Shown here: one piece after another, positions 9,719 to 19,347 of the stretch
Position numbering within the stretch: position 1 is the stretch's first letter
How the letters are laid out: every line of letters starts with the position of its first letter
From: a bacterium
GTDB lineage: Bacteria > UBA8248 > JACPRG01 > G963555815
Assembly: GCA_965261595.1 (NCBI GenBank)
Contig: CBDHDG010000007.1
Span: 1,216,001 to 1,280,000, forward strand
Direction of reading: 5' to 3'
Length of the DNA stretch: 64,000 nucleotides
Position numbers and translations under genes: made by a program
The notes under the pieces: generated by a model
The model's database searches: none
Told to the model about the DNA's origin: nothing
The model's input: the letters and a program-made list of their open reading frames with translations, nothing else

Positions 9719-9931
9719 AAAATTTATTTCACGAACGATCCGGCGCTTGCGGCGCTGGCACCGTACAGCACGCTCGCGCATTGGCGCTGCGAAGGGCGCG
9801 GGCCAGCATTCATCAAATTGGGGACCAGGGTCGCCTACTCGGGAAAAGTGTTAAACGCCTGGCTACGCGAGCGGACCGTTGAACCAAATGACCGCCCTCG
9901 CACAACCGGCCGGGACGGCGAATCCAAATGA
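9719..9931 (+). CDS. Excisionase/AlpA-like HTH protein, 5' end cut by the IS (in-frame ATG at 9680 lies inside the IS)
   Basis: STLAHWRCEGRGPAFIKLGTRVAY...LNAWL pattern. Confidence 0.7.
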   Translation, partial: KIYFTNDPALAALAPYSTLAHWRCEGRGPAFIKLGTRVAYSGKVLNAWLRERTVEPNDRPRTTGRDGESK

Positions 9932-11175
9932 AAGCACGGCGGAATGAAAATGATGGTCCCGTCGTCAGGGAGCTTCAAAAACCGGCTTCGCCAAAAACCC
10001 CCCACGGTAGCTCTGGCGAAGCCGGCGGAGCTGGCGAAGCTGGCCTGCTGGGATTTGCAAATGTCCCGCTTCACGGCGTCGATTGGCTTTGGTCGGACTG
10101 GTTGCCGCGCGGCAAGACTACACTCCTCGCCGGCGCGGGTGGTTCGGGAAAAGGCACGTTCGCCGGGCACGTTGCAGCTTGTACAACAGGCGGGCGGCCA
10201 TGGCCTGATGACACGCGGACTGAGCCAGCATATGCGGTTATCGTCTCCCCCGACGACGCCCTTGCCGACACCCTTAAACCGCGACTGCTGCACTCCGGTG
10301 CGGACCTCGACCGATGCCTGCGCTTGTGTGCTGGCGACATCCAGGGCGGAATCGAGCGGATCGCAAACACTTTGCTCCGGTCCGACGTAGACATCGCGCT
10401 TGTCGTCGTCGATATGGTCGAGGCCGGAATGCGACACGGGATGGACGGAAACGCTGCCGGCGATGTGGCCCGCCACTTGTCCGCCTTCAACCGCCTGGCC
10501 GAACGATTAGATGCGGCCGTGCTCGTTTGTCATCACCTGAATAAATGGGTCCGCGTGAAAGTTTTAGAAGGGACACTTTCAAATCTGGTGCGCGGGTCTG
10601 GGGCGTGGACGGACGCCGTCCGCATGTTGTGGCTGATGACAGCGGACGAGAACGACGAAGATGGCTCGCGCATACTCATCCGCGCAAAGTGTAATCTGGG
10701 CGGCGTACCCTGGCTTAAAGGGGGGTACAGGATCACCGCCAGGGACGCTTCCTACGACGGCGAGAACGGGCGGCCCGGAAAAACGACTGTTGTGAAAAAG
10801 GTGACTCAGATCGGCGGGAGCGCGCATGCAATTTTCGCCGCCGCCGTTACACCCGCCGAGTCCGCGGCGCCGGTGAAGGCGGGAAGGCAAGGCGCCGCCC
10901 GCGATGCGATTGTGGAATTTCTTAAGCCCGGCGTGCCCGTGCTTAAAACTCACGTTATCGGCGTCCTGACGGGACGCGGGCATGCGCAGCGCACATTGGA
11001 GCGGGCTGCTGATGAGCTTGAACACGGACGCAAACTAATCGGGCGCAAGAAGCACCGGGACGAGTTTTCCGAAGCTAATAACAATGCCGTGGTTTGGGAG
11101 TTGCCAGCTTTGCCAGCTCCGCCGGCTTTTCCATGTGCGGAAATTGGCGAAGCCGAAGGCGACTCCGATATATGA
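9928..11175 (+). CDS. AAA_25/RepA-like replicative helicase of a phage- or satellite-like element
   Basis: VDWLWSDWLPRG, Walker A AGAGGSGKG, Walker B LVVVD, HHLNK...RGSGA. Confidence 0.8.
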   Translation: MKARRNENDGPVVRELQKPASPKTPHGSSGEAGGAGEAGLLGFANVPLHGVDWLWSDWLPRGKTTLLAGAGGSGKGTFAGHVAACTTGGRPWPDDTRTEPAYAVIVSPDDALADTLKPRLLHSGADLDRCLRLCAGDIQGGIERIANTLLRSDVDIALVVVDMVEAGMRHGMDGNAAGDVARHLSAFNRLAERLDAAVLVCHHLNKWVRVKVLEGTLSNLVRGSGAWTDAVRMLWLMTADENDEDGSRILIRAKCNLGGVPWLKGGYRITARDASYDGENGRPGKTTVVKKVTQIGGSAHAIFAAAVTPAESAAPVKAGRQGAARDAIVEFLKPGVPVLKTHVIGVLTGRGHAQRTLERAADELEHGRKLIGRKKHRDEFSEANNNAVVWELPALPAPPAFPCAEIGEAEGDSDI

Positions 11176-11210
11176 AATAGGGTGGCAGACGGTGGCACGG
11201 GAGTATTGAC

Positions 11211-11600
11211 ATGAGAGTCCGGCGTCTCATCCTGGGGGTGGTGTGTTGTGTTCTGATCCCATCCATCGGGGCGACCCAGCAGAAGAAAAAGGAAGACGAT
11301 TACAACAGGGGATTTTGCGCCCGTGTGGGAGGGAGAACCGAGGTGCGGCACGAATACACCTATCCCAACGGCAAAGGGTACGTGAGAGTGGACTGTGAAA
11401 CCGATACCACAGTGTACGAAGGCGGCCTGGACAAGCGGAGCAGTCTGGACAGCGTGCAACAAGCCTTGTTCTTCGCTTCGCTGACTGGCAAGAAGCCTGC
11501 TGTGGTGATTTACGACACAGACGGAAGGGTGGGGAAATAGGAGCACCGCATCGAGGTGGCGTGCGAGGCGGCGGGCGTTGAATTTTTGAGGGGCCGATAG
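11211..11600 (+). pseudogene. Small signal-peptide protein with PD-(D/E)xK-like pattern; probable premature TAG at 11538-11540
   Basis: Hydrophobic N-terminus; RVDCET...YEGGLDK; frame continues EHRIEVACEAAGVEFLRGR after the TAG. Confidence 0.5.
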
Positions 11601-11850
11601 GTCCGATGCACCGCCGCGTTTGAAAGGAGGTAAGCACGTTACCATCCGAGACCTGCGCGCCATGCAAGGCGTTCTGGACAATGACGAGGCGCTTTTGGCG
11701 GGTTTGATTCGCGATTATACACTTGACCCCTCGACCCACTACATGTAGGAATCCGGCCCTGAATCCTAGACCACAAGATGTAGTGGGGGGACAATATATC
11801 GTGATTCTGCCATTGACCCATATGACCGCAAGCTGTAGTGTCGGGGGATT

Positions 11851-12285
11851 ATGGATCAATCGCCAGGAACTATCAGCTACCTTACGGCATTATTGCGAGA
11901 CGAATTGGTCGTACACGGAATCCGATATCTTATTGTCGGAGGTATCGTCGTGATTGGGGTGCTTCGTTTTGGGCGTGGGTATAAGCGGAGGATTGATAAA
12001 CTGGAGAAAATTCAACTGCGGTCCGAAGCAGGGCCTGACACGAAGGAATCTGCCTCTGCGGACTACATCGAAGCCTGTGGTATTGTGGATGCTTATATTC
12101 ATACCGCACTTCATGCAAAGAGTGACAGTGTGAAATTGATCATAAGAAAGGACTTCATGGAGAGATTTGAAAAGACTACCGGTGCTATTATTGGGCTGGA
12201 TCAGTATAACCGGGAATTGCTGCATCAATGGATGCAATCTAATGCCGCAAGGTTCCTGGTCGGTCATAGGGGAGATATGTCTTAA
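11851..12285 (+). CDS. Hypothetical membrane-anchored protein (cassette 1 cargo)
   Basis: GGGGA RBS; one hydrophobic segment YLIVGGIVVIGVL. Confidence 0.65.
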   Translation: MDQSPGTISYLTALLRDELVVHGIRYLIVGGIVVIGVLRFGRGYKRRIDKLEKIQLRSEAGPDTKESASADYIEACGIVDAYIHTALHAKSDSVKLIIRKDFMERFEKTTGAIIGLDQYNRELLHQWMQSNAARFLVGHRGDMS

Positions 12286-12350
12286 ATCGGGCAAGAAGCC
12301 CGCATGCGTTTGTATTGAATCGCCTACGAAATTGAATTTGAGGGTAGGAA

Positions 12351-13296
12351 ATGTCACCAATAGAAGTCTCTATAACGACGGAGCGACCAGAATTGCCGCA
12401 CGCTGATTTTGCATTTTACATTGATTTACAAGAGAGGCGAAGGGCGGGCCTCTCGTATCTTTTCGGCGACACACGAATTTATCAAGGCATGTGAAAAAAT
12501 AGACCGCGAACTCATCACCTCTATCGATGCCAACATAGAAACAGTGATGATGTTGGAAGATATCGAGGCGAGTTCTTTGAAGACTTGGTTTCGCAATGAA
12601 TTAAGGGCTTTCGATGACCAAGCACTGAAAGAACTTGATTGGAAATCAGCAGTTGGGGAATACCTAGTTCATGCGAAATATATTATATTGCGTTGGATGG
12701 ACCAGGACAGAGACGGGAAAAACATATCGGCTTCGAGTGACCTACCGACTCTTAGACGAGAAATCCAAAAGCTCGCTTCGGAAACTGATGTACGACACAT
12801 TCCCGATTATGGCCCAGTTAATCCGTCTGCGTTAATTCGCGCAATCAAAGATTTTGAGGGTGTCAAGGACCACCTAGTAGAAGGCGATAAGGCATCAATG
12901 GTTTTGCCGAACGAAGAAACGGTGGGTTTTAATTTATCGGTTCGTTTGGACGTAGCAAATATTGAGGCGTTGGCAATCCGAGAAAAGCAGGAGTATTCCG
13001 TTCCATCAATGGTTTTAATTGTCAAGAAACCAGACTACCTTGGTAGCAGTATGTGGGACCTGCGACACGGCAACAAGCCTATCACCGCACGGATTGAACA
13101 TGAAGAATGGCTGCGCGAGTTTCAGAACCGGAGGGTCGATGTTCGCCCCGGCGATGCGTTGCGATGTAAAGTCCGAATAGAAATGAATTATGGCCACGAT
13201 AACGAATTGATTTCAGAGAAGTATTATGTGGAGAACGTGCATGGAGTTCTTGAAAATAAATTCCAACAAGATTCTCTTTTCGATCCAGACGAATAA
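12351..13296 (+). CDS. Hypothetical protein (cassette 1 cargo) with an apparent 1-nt frameshift near 12425
   Basis: ATG 12351 after GAGGGTAGGA reads MSPIEVSITTERPELPHADFAFYID; an extra T separates it from YKRGEG... of the 295-aa ORF 12409-13296. Confidence 0.7.
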
Positions 13297-14694
13297 GGAT
13301 GAGCGGGAATCACGCTACCAATTTGCGATATTGAAGCGGCTCGGTGTTCATAATACACTTGATAAGATCCTACATCTTGTGGTTCTGGCTTTTTGGGCCA
13401 TTTTCCTATATGTAGTGGTCGTCTGCGTCAAGACATAACCTCGGTTTGATTATTATGGACCCTCTGGGGCCAACGAAGGACGGGAATTTTCACAGGGATA
13501 TGGGCGCAGGAGGGGGACCTGGAAGTTGATGGGGTCAAATACAGTCCGGACGCAGATACTGATGGTGGGGAGATACTGGAGGGGAGGAGGACAAAGGGTA
13601 ACCACCTAAAAGCCCATAACTCATAATTCCGATTCTCTTGAGTGAGATGCACTTAACCCGCATTTCCCATATGGATCATAAGTTTTGTCGGACCGAATGC
13701 CATTTTCTCGTGTAAGATCAAGGTGTTGGCCTCTCCCTGCCATCATCTTGCGAGGGGACCCAATGGGTGAAGCGAAGAAGGGGGCTTTGAAGATCCGTTT
13801 TGACCGTCGGCTGAGGCTTGAGTTTCACGGAACCAGAATCACTTCGGATGCAGGATTGCTGGCCTGCCGGGAGCTGGATGATGCGCTGGGTTTGACGGTG
13901 AGAGCGCCAGTGCAATTGCAAGAGATCCGTCATGGCCGGAACATCCAGCATGAGTTGGCGCCGCTATTGCGCCAGTCGGTCTATAGCCGCTTGGCAGGGT
14001 ATGAAGACACCAACGATGCCGAGCGGTTGGCCCAGGACCCCGCGATGCAAGCCGTGGTCGGCCGCCGAGCGCTTGAGAAGCAGGCGGCGGGCGCCAACAC
14101 CCTGAGCCGGTTCGAGACCGAGGTTCTCACCAGGGAGGAAAATCTCAAGGGGCCGGAGCGAGCTGAACCGGGAGTGGGTGGACCGGGCCATGGCACACTC
14201 ACCCCATCAGCGAATCATCCTGGACATGGACAGCTCGGAAAGCCCCGTCCATGGGGAGCAGGAAGGTACGGCCTACAACGGCCACTTTCGTTGCACCTGT
14301 TATCACCCTCTTTTTTGCTTTAACCAGTTCGGGGACTGCGAAGGGGCGATGTTGCGCCCCGGCAACGTGCACAGCGCCGATGGCTGGCGCGAGTTGCTTT
14401 CGCCCATCGCGGCCCGGTATGAGCGGGCGGGTGTTCGCCGTTACTTCCGAGCCGATGCCGCCTTTGCGCGCCCGGAGGTCTATGAGTGCGTGATTATGCC
14501 CTTGACGCAGTAAGACACAAGATATGGTGGTCCCTCGAAAATTGAATCCGACCCACTACATGTGGTATATGGAACTTCAAAGGGTGGAAGCCCCGAGGGA
14601 ACCCCGGGGCGTTGCTACAAGAGAGGACCTCACAGACCCTCCTTGTAGCAAATCCCCAAGCCCGTGTCAACCTCGATTTTCTGGGGGTCTGCCC

Positions 14695-15045
14695 ATGCGT
14701 ACTATCGGCGGTTGCATACTTACAACTGCCCTCATCGCATCTTCCGCCGTCATGGCTGGAGAATCCAACAAGGCCTGTTTTATCGGAAAAGGTGCGGTGT
14801 ACAGCCCCGCTTATGTGGATTTGGAACGAAGAAAACTCATACTTCGCATGTTGGACGATCGCGATTTGGTAGCTTTGTATAAACTTGGATACCGAAACGC
14901 AAAGGAGAAATGGCGTATTTTCATGGTGAGTGAGCATCCAAAAGGATTCCAATACCTGAAGAGCATCCCTGGCTCTACGACTTTCCGTTTTGAAGGGGAA
15001 TTCAAGGTTTTTGAGACGTTGTGCGAGTTCATCTCGTGCAAATAA
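14695..15045 (+). CDS. Hypothetical secreted protein (cassette 2 cargo)
   Basis: MRTIGGCILTTALIASSAVMA signal-peptide-like start within ORF 14524-15045. Confidence 0.6.
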   Translation: MRTIGGCILTTALIASSAVMAGESNKACFIGKGAVYSPAYVDLERRKLILRMLDDRDLVALYKLGYRNAKEKWRIFMVSEHPKGFQYLKSIPGSTTFRFEGEFKVFETLCEFISCK

Positions 15046-15138
15046 GTGGAAAATAAGATTTACAAGTGCAGCGCCAGGGGATCCCGCCCCTGGCGCTGCG
15101 GTTCCATCACCACCCAACCTTGAAGGAGGACTGGGGCA

Positions 15139-15354
15139 ATGGAAGCAAAATGCGAAGGATTTGACGTTTTTGAATGGTTCATCTCCGAAGCAGCCTCTAG
15201 GGTTATTGATCTTCTCTTCTATGCGGGTTTCTACTTGATGGGGATAAGGAATAAGAAACCGCCGAAGAAACGCATCCCACTCGAAATTCGGGGCTCTTAC
15301 GTCGGGCCACCAGCCATCATCAATGGGAGGATATGTGGTTCCACGGGTCCCTAA
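15139..15354 (+). CDS. Small hypothetical protein (cassette 2 cargo)
   Basis: AGGAGG RBS upstream of ATG; 71 aa with a hydrophobic stretch. Confidence 0.45.
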   Translation: MEAKCEGFDVFEWFISEAASRVIDLLFYAGFYLMGIRNKKPPKKRIPLEIRGSYVGPPAIINGRICGSTGP

Positions 15355-16447
15355 AAGTGACCCCCTCCTGTTGGATAACCACAACATGTAGTGTCTCAAA
15401 ATCGCACCTATATCTTGTGTCTTACTGCGTCAAAGGCATAATCACGTATGAGTGCCTGGAAGCGCACAGCTTCCTTTACGCCATCCGCCTTCCCGCCAAC
15501 GACGTGGTGCAGCGAGAGATCGACTTCCTCCTCACCCGCCCGGTCGGTCGCCCGCCCAAGAGACCCATCATCTTCTATTACGACTTCCGGTATCAGGCTG
15601 GAAGCTGGGACCGTTCCCGGCGGGTCGTGGCGAAGGTGGAATGGCACTCAGGCGAACTCTTCCCTCGCGTCGGATTCATTGTCACGAACCTGACGGCTCG
15701 ACCCGAGGGGGTCGTGCACTTCTACAACCAGCGAGGCACAGCCGAGCAATGGATCAAGGAAGGCAAGTACGCCCTGAACTGGACACGCCTTTCCTGTCAC
15801 CGGTTCGTGTGCAACCAGGTGCGGCTCCTTCTCTTCGTCCTGGCGTACAACCTGGGCAATTTCCTGCGCAGGCTAGCCTTGCCCAGGGGGCTCAAGCACT
15901 GGTCGCTGCGAAGCCTCCAGGTCAAGCTCATCAAAATGGGCGGGAGGATTGTGCGGCACGCCCGGCAGATCATCTTTCAATTGGCCGAAGTAGCGGTATC
16001 CAGGGAAGAGTTCGCCATCATCCTGGACCGAATCAACCGATTACGGCCGGTGCCGGTCTAACCTTGTGCAGAGGGTTCCCGGCAGCATGAGGTGATTGGT
16101 TAACGGGTTGAACCGCGAACAAAGGGGACCGAAGGGCGAGGGTCCGCCTTTTGGGGCAGTCGATGGCCGTCAGCACCTTGTTGCGGAGGGTTGGAAGGCT
16201 CTTGACAAACCCATCGGAAGGGGATCAACTGGTTTTCATCGGGAAAGGGGACCGGAAACCACCCAAGCAAGTTGATATGGGAAATTCCGGGTACACCCAA
16301 TGTGGATGGACATTCTTCGCCCGCCCGTCGGGTGAGCATGTTAACTTTGTTTTCCCGAATGTGAGGAGAAAAGCCGCATCGCACGGGACGGCCTTCGACG
16401 TCTCCGCGGGCGATTGGCCTCATGCGCAACCGAGAGGGGAGGGAACG

Positions 16448-17521
16448 ATGATGGCTGAGACTTCTCCGCAAGGATGGGAAGGGCCCATCGAGGATTATCC
16501 GCTGACCAACTATCCGGATTTCGAGCCGGGTGTGCCGCCCCGGGTCGAGGTCCTTGAGCAATTCGGCTTCCTCGACGAGGTGGAAAACATCTGGGGCTCC
16601 CGTTGGGGGGGCGGACAGGGGATCGGCAGGCTGCGGGAGGTCGCTCTCATCTGGCCGACCGAGCACGAGGTGGATCCCCTGTGGGAAAAGGACCGCAACT
16701 TCTTCTTCCTCCGCCGGGTCCGCATCGACCTCGAGCGGCTTCAGCGCGGGTTCGAGGACTATGCCAAGCTCCTCGAGAGCCTGGGCGTCAAGGTCCGCTG
16801 GATGAAGGCGCCCCATAGTTGGGGGGCCTACGGGCCCATGCGGAAGCTGTTCATGGCGGCCTTCCCACTTGTGATCAAGGGTGGCGCCATCGTCTCCCGC
16901 CAGGGGCACGCTTCCTACATCCGGGGGCTGGAGGTCAACTTCACGAAATTCTTCGCCGAGATCAATTGCCCGATCCTCCACACGATCCACGGCCACGGGA
17001 TCTGCGAAGTGGGTGTTTTCGTTCCGGTGGCCGAAGACGTGATCATGGGCTACCGGTCCTGTTCGTCCAATGAGGACGGCCTGGCCCAGGTCCTCTCGGT
17101 GTTCGAGCGCAGCGGCGTGAAAGAGACCCCCATTGCCAACTGCGGGACCGTCATCAATGATTTCGAGGCGGGCGGGGAGTTCCATCTGGACATGGTCTTC
17201 GGCGTGGCCGATCTCCGGGTGGCGGTCGTCTACCCCGGGTATCTGGATTACAGCGTCTACCGCTGGCTGAAGGAAAAGGGCTTCCGGATCATCGAGGTCC
17301 CGAAAGACGAGCACCACAAGGTTTATCCGGCCAACTTCATGATCATCGAACCGGGGAAGATCATCATCGACGCACAGGCCAAAGAGACCATCAAGCGCCT
17401 GCGCGCGACCGAAGTCGAAGTCATCGAGTTCGACACCACCGGGCTTCAGGCGGGGACGAACGGGATCCGCTGCGTCACCCTTCCCCTCGTCCGCGACCCC
17501 GGCCCCGGCCTCGATGACTGA
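16448..17521 (+). CDS. Amidinotransferase / arginine deiminase / DDAH superfamily protein
   Basis: GRLREVAL, FHLDM, C-terminal GIRCVTLPLVRD catalytic Cys motif; GGGGAGG RBS. Confidence 0.85.
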   Translation: MMAETSPQGWEGPIEDYPLTNYPDFEPGVPPRVEVLEQFGFLDEVENIWGSRWGGGQGIGRLREVALIWPTEHEVDPLWEKDRNFFFLRRVRIDLERLQRGFEDYAKLLESLGVKVRWMKAPHSWGAYGPMRKLFMAAFPLVIKGGAIVSRQGHASYIRGLEVNFTKFFAEINCPILHTIHGHGICEVGVFVPVAEDVIMGYRSCSSNEDGLAQVLSVFERSGVKETPIANCGTVINDFEAGGEFHLDMVFGVADLRVAVVYPGYLDYSVYRWLKEKGFRIIEVPKDEHHKVYPANFMIIEPGKIIIDAQAKETIKRLRATEVEVIEFDTTGLQAGTNGIRCVTLPLVRDPGPGLDD

Positions 17522-17579
17522 CCGGGAGTCATCCAGGTTCAGACATTCAAGGAGGACGAAGACGTGAGTGGAGATCCCC

Positions 17580-17945
17580 GTTCCAGCAGCTTGAGCGCCT
17601 GAAGAAGAATTGGCCCCTGTGACCAGGGCGGACACATGTATAGCGTAAAGTCTTTATACCGCACAGAGACAGGCGCCTCGACCTTCGGGAGGAACCGGGC
17701 GAGATCATCCGCCGCCAGGAACCCACCGCGTTCCCTAAAAAATGACGCAATCTTCCGCGCAATCGGTCCAACGTAGAACGCATCTCGCGCGGCTTGAAGG
17801 CCGGCGAGTCGCCCGCGACTTCGGGCCTTCCGTTCGGCGTTGACCATTCGGCGAATCACACCGGCCAAATCCCGCTGTACAAACTTTTCTCCGATCTTGG
17901 GTGCAGCCCCGCCGGGTAGGAGTACATCCGCCCCTAGAGGTCCGG
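17580..17945 (-). pseudogene. Internal fragment of a gamma-glutamyltransferase-family gene
   Basis: ARDAFYVGPIARKI...GGFLAADDLA...PPWSQGPILLQALKLLE; both termini missing. Confidence 0.75.
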
Positions 17946-18173
17946 CGCAACTTACGCGAGCGGGTTTGGCAAATACTTGAAGAAACCGGAGCCGCGCAAG
18001 GCTGACATGTGGCGACAAATCGAAAAGCTGAAACGGGCGATTGAAGCCTATCGGGGGGAGGGAAGGTACTCCGTATCGTCCGGGGGCCGGACCGGCTACG
18101 GCGGGTCTATTACGCATGGCGGGCTTCGCAACTCGATTACCGGACAGGGCGGAGCGTTCGACAAGACCGAATC

Positions 18174-18260
18174 TGGAGTTACCCCGTTTCAGTGGACAGT
18201 TTAGGGCTGTCGTCCCCCGCCCTGAGGTGGGCGACAGCCGGTGGACGTAAAGTCTTCTCG
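18174..18260 (-). mobile_element. Orphan right end of a second IS3-family element
   Basis: tggagttaccccgtttcagtggacagtttaggg..., reverse complement of the end at 36355. Confidence 0.75.
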
Positions 18261-18669
18261 CCGGCTCCATTTTGGGGGATGGAGGTGAAAAGGCGCAATG
18301 CTCCCCTTTCCGCTTTATGCACACCATGTAAGGTCTGCATGTTGCCTCCGATCAAGAGGAGCCCGAAAATTCGGACCGCGTACTCGGTTCCCCTGCCTGC
18401 CGACCATCAGGCCCTAGAAGTATCGATCAGTCCACTTCCAGCCGCTGCCCTTACGGGCGACCGCAGCGCGGCCCATGCAAAGCACCGGGATGCAAGGGGT
18501 TGCGCAGAACGTGTCTACGCAGGCCGGATTTGCCAGCAGAGCCCGGAATTTTCGTGCCCGCCTTGCTGTCAGCGGGCGCTCCCGAATATTTTGTCCATCG
18601 CCTCCGGTGTCGGCGGGTTTTCTCGCCTGGCGCGTCACGTCTGGAGCATCCCCAGACCGGGAAAGAAGT

Positions 18670-19347
18670 TCATGCCTTCTGTATCCCAAATTTTGTCGCA
18701 AGAATGTGAGCGTGTGATTTGTCGGCCAGCAGAGCCCGCTTGATTGCGGCCAACCGCCGTTTCAGTTTCCGGGTTTCCCTTCGTGCGGTTTCCAAGAGAT
18801 CATACGTTTCCGCCGATTTCTTTTTCTCGCGCATGAGCGACAGTTCGATCTCGTTTTGCTTGTCCTGGCTGGCGGCACGATCCACCGGACCGGCAGAGGC
18901 AAGTTGCTCCCTTGTTTCCTTAAGCTCCTTCCTCATCTGAGCCGTTTCGACTTCAGCGCGTTCGGCCCGGACGCGATCCGTTTCTACCTCGATTTCCACA
19001 ACCTCTTCCCTGGATGGTTCCTCCGATTCTGGATCGCGCTTCTTTGGAGGCTTCGGAGGAAGAGATTTTAGGGCCGAATCGATGGTTTCAAATTCCCCAA
19101 TTTGGGGAATTTGAATTCGAGCCAGACTCATCAAGCGATGTGACGTACCCTTAGAAATTCCCTCAGTCTCAAGAAAATCCATCCATGAGCCGTGGGCCTT
19201 GAGGTTCTTGATCTCGGTCAGTGCGCGCCCCGCCGTCCATGCCAGCTCGACCGTCATTCGACCTAGCCTTGTAACTTCTGCATAAGTCACCCGGAATTCC
19301 GTTTCCAGGTCGGCGAGGCTCTTTCCTGTTGGCTGTACACCGTTCAT
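18670..19347 (-). CDS. Phage-like protein (DUF3102-like N-terminus, coiled-coil C-terminus)
   Basis: AGRALTEIKNLKAHGSWMDFL pattern; ATGA-coupled to the alpA-like gene. Confidence 0.6.
   Translation of the reverse strand: MNGVQPTGKSLADLETEFRVTYAEVTRLGRMTVELAWTAGRALTEIKNLKAHGSWMDFLETEGISKGTSHRLMSLARIQIPQIGEFETIDSALKSLPPKPPKKRDPESEEPSREEVVEIEVETDRVRAERAEVETAQMRKELKETREQLASAGPVDRAASQDKQNEIELSLMREKKKSAETYDLLETARRETRKLKRRLAAIKRALLADKSHAHILATKFGIQKA

Larger units (their letters stand above)
11710..13443. mobile_element. Non-autonomous cargo cassette 1 (IS1595-like ends, no transposase)
   Basis: Imperfect TIRs cgcgattatacacttgac / cgaggttatgtcttgac; 8-bp TSD GTTTGATT at 11702-11709 and 13444-13451; AT-richer than flanks. 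Confidence 0.88.
11621..13590 (+). pseudogene. Relic Mrr-like domain (paralog of the IS1595 passenger C-terminus), split by the cassette at 11710-13443
   Basis: KGGKHVTIRDLRAMQGVLDNDEALLAGLI (to 11709) resumes as IMDPLGPTKDGNFHRDM after 13451; passenger reads KGGKNVNISDVRALKGVLDNDDALMAGIITMEPLGAVKERNFRRDM. Confidence 0.8.
14489..15446. mobile_element. Non-autonomous cargo cassette 2 (958 bp, no transposase)
   Basis: About 37-bp TIR cgtgattatgcc(c/t)ttgacgcagtaagacacaagatat; 8-bp TSD TATGAGTG at 14481-14488 and 15447-15454; the site is empty in the second IS1380 copy. Confidence 0.95.
13657..16290 (+). mobile_element. IS1380-family element interrupted by cassette 2
   Basis: IRs cccgcatttcccatat / ccggaatttcccatat; TSDAGLL, LDMDS, RADAAF, RGTAEQWIKEGK motifs; 2634 bp minus 966 bp equals the 1668 bp of the copy at 40311-41978. 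Confidence 0.93.

Noticed and set aside
7248..9727. AAATTTAT at 7248-7255 and 9720-9727 as TSD of IS1595 copy 2
   Set aside because: The left copy is 12-14 bp away from the TIR, beyond the point where identity with copy 1 ends; probably chance in AT-rich flanks
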